From positions 187,488,001-187,552,000 of the forward strand of contig OZ360222.1 of NCBI GenBank assembly GCA_977017645.1: a stretch of DNA of 64,000 nucleotides. The letters are read 5' to 3'. A model generated the notes under the pieces. It had not been told where the DNA came from. It saw nothing but the letters and a program-made list of their open reading frames with translations, and ran no database searches. This stretch comes from Torpedo marmorata (lineage: Eukaryota). Below are positions 60,707 to 64,000 of this stretch, in pieces. Position numbers and translations under genes: made by a program. Each line of letters begins with the position of its first letter. The stretch's first letter is position 1.

Positions 60707-62849
60707 CCAAAAAACAAAAAGCAGTCATAGTTGCATCCATAGAATCACACAGTACAGAAATGGGCCCTTCGACCCACCTCATCTCTGCTAACCATCAAGT
60801 ACCCATCTATACAATTTCTATTTACCAGCATTCAGTCCAGAGCTTTCTGTGCCTTTCTAATTCAAGTGATTGTCTGGACACTTTTCAAACTTGTTAATTC
60901 TTCCGCAGATCCCCATGAACCTTTTGCTCCTCACCTTGAACTGATGCCCTTTGGTTTGGGCACTTTTGCAATAAGGAAAGGTTTCTCTTTATCTACCAAA
61001 CTTGTGCCTCTCAATTTTCTAAACCTCAATCAGTTCCTCCTCAACCTCTCCTGCTCCAAGGAAAACAATCCTAGCCCATGCAACAAATATATTTCAGGGA
61101 AGCAAACCCAAGGCATGGAGGCTAGTGGTGGTCCTTCATATCCAATGGTTCCAAGCCACAGATTCACACACCTCATATTTTTACTATTTTGATTATGATC
61201 ATCTTAAATTGTAATGAACATTGTATCACCCTGCACTCATGGGAACCAGGTATTGGAACTTGGATCTCAGAGGGTGCTAAGGGCAAGAAGGGCTCCCGAA
61301 GGGCCTTGGGCACTAAAGGCTTTCTGATCACATCGGAGGTTTGGATCTGGAGCTCAGGTTTCCAAACAGATAGAACTGGGGTCTGTGCGGCTGAAGAGGC
61401 TGTGGAAGCCACGGACACTCAGTGGCTCTGAAGGGACTCTCTTTTGCTTCTCTTTCTCTTACTGCAAGGGGGGCCCTGAGCAATACCAAAGGTGACTCTT
61501 TGCCTTATGGCAGACTAAAGGAAAATACCTGTAATATTACATTTTCTGTTTTATTATATGACATTAAAAGAATCTTGAATATTGCACTCATTGACAGTGT
61601 TCCCCAGAGGTGGGTACATGCAAGGAACTGTGAAAAAAGACTCTGACTTTAATCTTCCACATATCATAAGATTATGGACATGATGCCAGAGGCTGGAAGG
61701 CTGTTGATTTAATTCCTCTCAAAAGTAAACCAAACCACACAGATAAGGTGACGTGTGTATGCATCAATAGGCCAGAATGTGGGTTAAAATTGATGCAGAG
61801 TTGGAAAGAATAGGTCCATTTGCAGGATTTGAAAAATACATGACCGGCAAAAAGCACAGGAACAGCAGTAAGAAAGTTTTATGGTAAATAGTCAGCTTTC
61901 ACACTAGAGGATCCAATCAATTATATCACTTTGGCATAATTTAGCATTGTTTTTCCTCAAGATGTGGAGTAAACCATGTTCAAAAATGTAGATATGACCA
62001 CAAGCAGACAGCAAACTTCAAGATAGACAGGGTGAAATTCATTGCAGTGAAAGTGGAGAAAACATTTGGGAACAAACACAACGAATGGAAGAAAACTAAA
62101 ACAAATAAAGGATCAGAGAGTTCAGGATTCAAATATTAGTACAATATTTTAACATGGAAGAAGTAATTTTACAAAATAACAGGTCACAATGAATGTTGTA
62201 CAGAAGATATGGTGATAAATTCATAAATAACTTGCTTTCATTTGAAGAGCTTATTGAAACATGAGAGACATTTAACATTACAAGACATGGTTATGAAGTA
62301 AATGGAGGAAAAACTAGTTGGCATTAATGTAAGAGTACAGCAGAAAAATAAGTGACAGGTTGGCAGAGTCAACAGCAGATTGTTTGGGCATGTACACCGT
62401 CTCAACAGTGGTAAAAGCAAAATTGTAAAGTTTACAAAAAGAAATCAATAAATGTTTGAAGAACAAAGGACAGAGGAAAAGGCCAAGGGCAGCTCTTGGA
62501 GAGCTGACACGGAACCAAATGAACATTATGGAGCAGAAAGCAGTTCAATTTTATTGTATTCTCATAAAGTGAACATGGAACATTGAAAAAAAATTATATA
62601 TTTTGTTTGTAAAAATTCAGGGTGTATTCAAGTCACATTTCTAGCTTAGCACAAACCAAATAACTTTTATTTGTAGAAGAAAAAATCTGAAATATATATG
62701 CAGGAAGCAACCAAATCCAATTCTTGATGAGCAAAGGATGAGCAAAATCTAGATTGACTGATCATTCTGCTGCATGACTTTTATTAAGATGGCAGAGCAC
62801 AGACGGTAGCAACTATGGAAGCTGCTGGAATTTAATGCAGCCACATTAT

Positions 62850-63324
62850 TGTAAGAGCCAAAGGCTCAGTTCTTACCTTCATCGCGGCGTTCCGATGGTC
62901 CCAGCGGGCGTCGGAGGAGTTACGGAGTTTAATAGGCTGTGCTAGGCCTATTGACTACTCTGCGCATGCGCGGGAGTGCCGACGGGCGCATGCACAGTGG
63001 GTAGGTGGCAGTAGCATGCGCGGTGGAGCATGCGCGCGAATCGAGAAAGAAGTATTATAAAAACATGGTGACGTAGAGGAGGGTGAGTGAGATCGTCATA
63101 GTTTTCGTTGACCGTTAGCACAGATCGCTATTAAGCATCGTTATCAAGGATTGTTTATATTTCATTAAAGAAGATATTAAAGTTATTGAAGATTGCTACA
63201 AGTCATCGTGTGTTAATAAAGCCTTTGAACCTATTGGACTTGTTAGTAAATTAATTGAAACGCGTCACGAACAAGTGTCTCACCTAGCCTTCAAGTGACT
63301 GTTTATTGGATTGAAGTCACTACA
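62850..63324 (+). mobile_element. Probable solo LTR (Gypsy-like), CpG-rich
   Basis: TGTA...TACA termini, TATAAAA at 63056, AATAAA at 63215-63220. No exact TSD found. Confidence 0.6.
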
Positions 63325-63782
63325 ATTTAGTCAACAAAAAATTGTTATTTGGAACAGAAAATTGACGGATAGAAGAAGCCATAATCTCTCTGTGCTTTGG
63401 ATTGATATTTAAAATAAAATGGTGGCCATCTTGGAAATGCCTCGAGTTGGGGGCAGTTTGTTATCCACATCCAACTGCCATGAGTAACTGCCAGAGAGGG
63501 ATTCAGTGCTTCTGATCTTATAGTAAAGTGTCCTATAAATACGTTGGTGAAGCCATTTCTTGAAAATCAGCGATATAATTGACAGATGCAGCGGTGGAAA
63601 CTCGTTTGTTAATAGCAGCACATTACAGCCATCTGAGGTGGTAGGCATAAGTCTGTAGACTCCTTCTGTGTATCTTTGGCAAGTTTGAACACAGAGTGGA
63701 TTTGCTGCCGCTAGTCCATTGGGGACTGTTGATTTGGCTAGTGTTGTGCATGCTCGAAGGACGGTGGAACAAGACGAGTAAA

Positions 63783-64000
63783 ATGGCCGCAGCAGCCGCT
63801 GATGTTGCTGTTGAGGAACAACGTATTGAAGACATGAAGGTTGTGGATCTCAAAGAAGAATTAAGGTGATGGAAACTAGATACAAGTGGAAATAAAATTG
63901 TTTTCATTGCAAGACTGAAGCTGGCAAAGGTAGAAGAGGCGGCTTCGGTTGATGGGAATGAAGACATTGAAATATCATTGCAGAAGACAACGACTGAACA
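63783..64000 (+). pseudogene. Disrupted SAP-domain coding sequence (SAFB/SLTM-like N-terminus or transposon-borne SAP); runs off the window
   Basis: MAAAAADVAVEEQRIEDMKVVDLKEELR*WKLDTSGNKIVFIARLKLAKVEE matches the SAP pattern L.V.DL+.EL+.R.L..SG.K..L..RL. In-frame TGA at 63867. Confidence 0.7.

Overview
Vertebrate nuclear DNA, most likely from a cartilaginous fish (ray or shark); this is inferred from the repeat families, not from a database match. The window holds two convergent multi-exon genes. (1) A complete membrane-bound catechol O-methyltransferase, COMT, on +: coding exons 6574-6856, 14791-14984, 15676-15807 and 17348-17527, giving 262 aa. (2) The 3' half of the armadillo catenin ARVCF on -: eight coding exons from 58893 down to the stop at 35942, ending in the PDZ-binding motif DSWV, plus a probable 3'UTR exon at ~27740-29693. 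This is the same arrangement as COMT-ARVCF at human 22q11.2. The rest is mostly transposon debris: CR1 LINEs (one nearly full length), Rex1/Babar LINEs, Penelope-like elements, tRNA/V-type SINEs, Tc1/pogo MITEs, solo LTRs and three minisatellites. The long ORFs in the ORF track are repeat artefacts or LINE remnants. Most worth a second look: minimal hammerhead-ribozyme motifs with a variant core in the Penelope-like ends; a perfect 23-bp hairpin in a COMT intron; a CpG/NRF1-rich LTR carrying an ARVCF-sense Kozak-ATG plus consensus splice donor; a decayed SAP-domain ORF at the right edge; and a 14-copy tandem amplification of a CR1 3' terminus. Repeat boundaries are approximate unless TSDs or TIRs are quoted.
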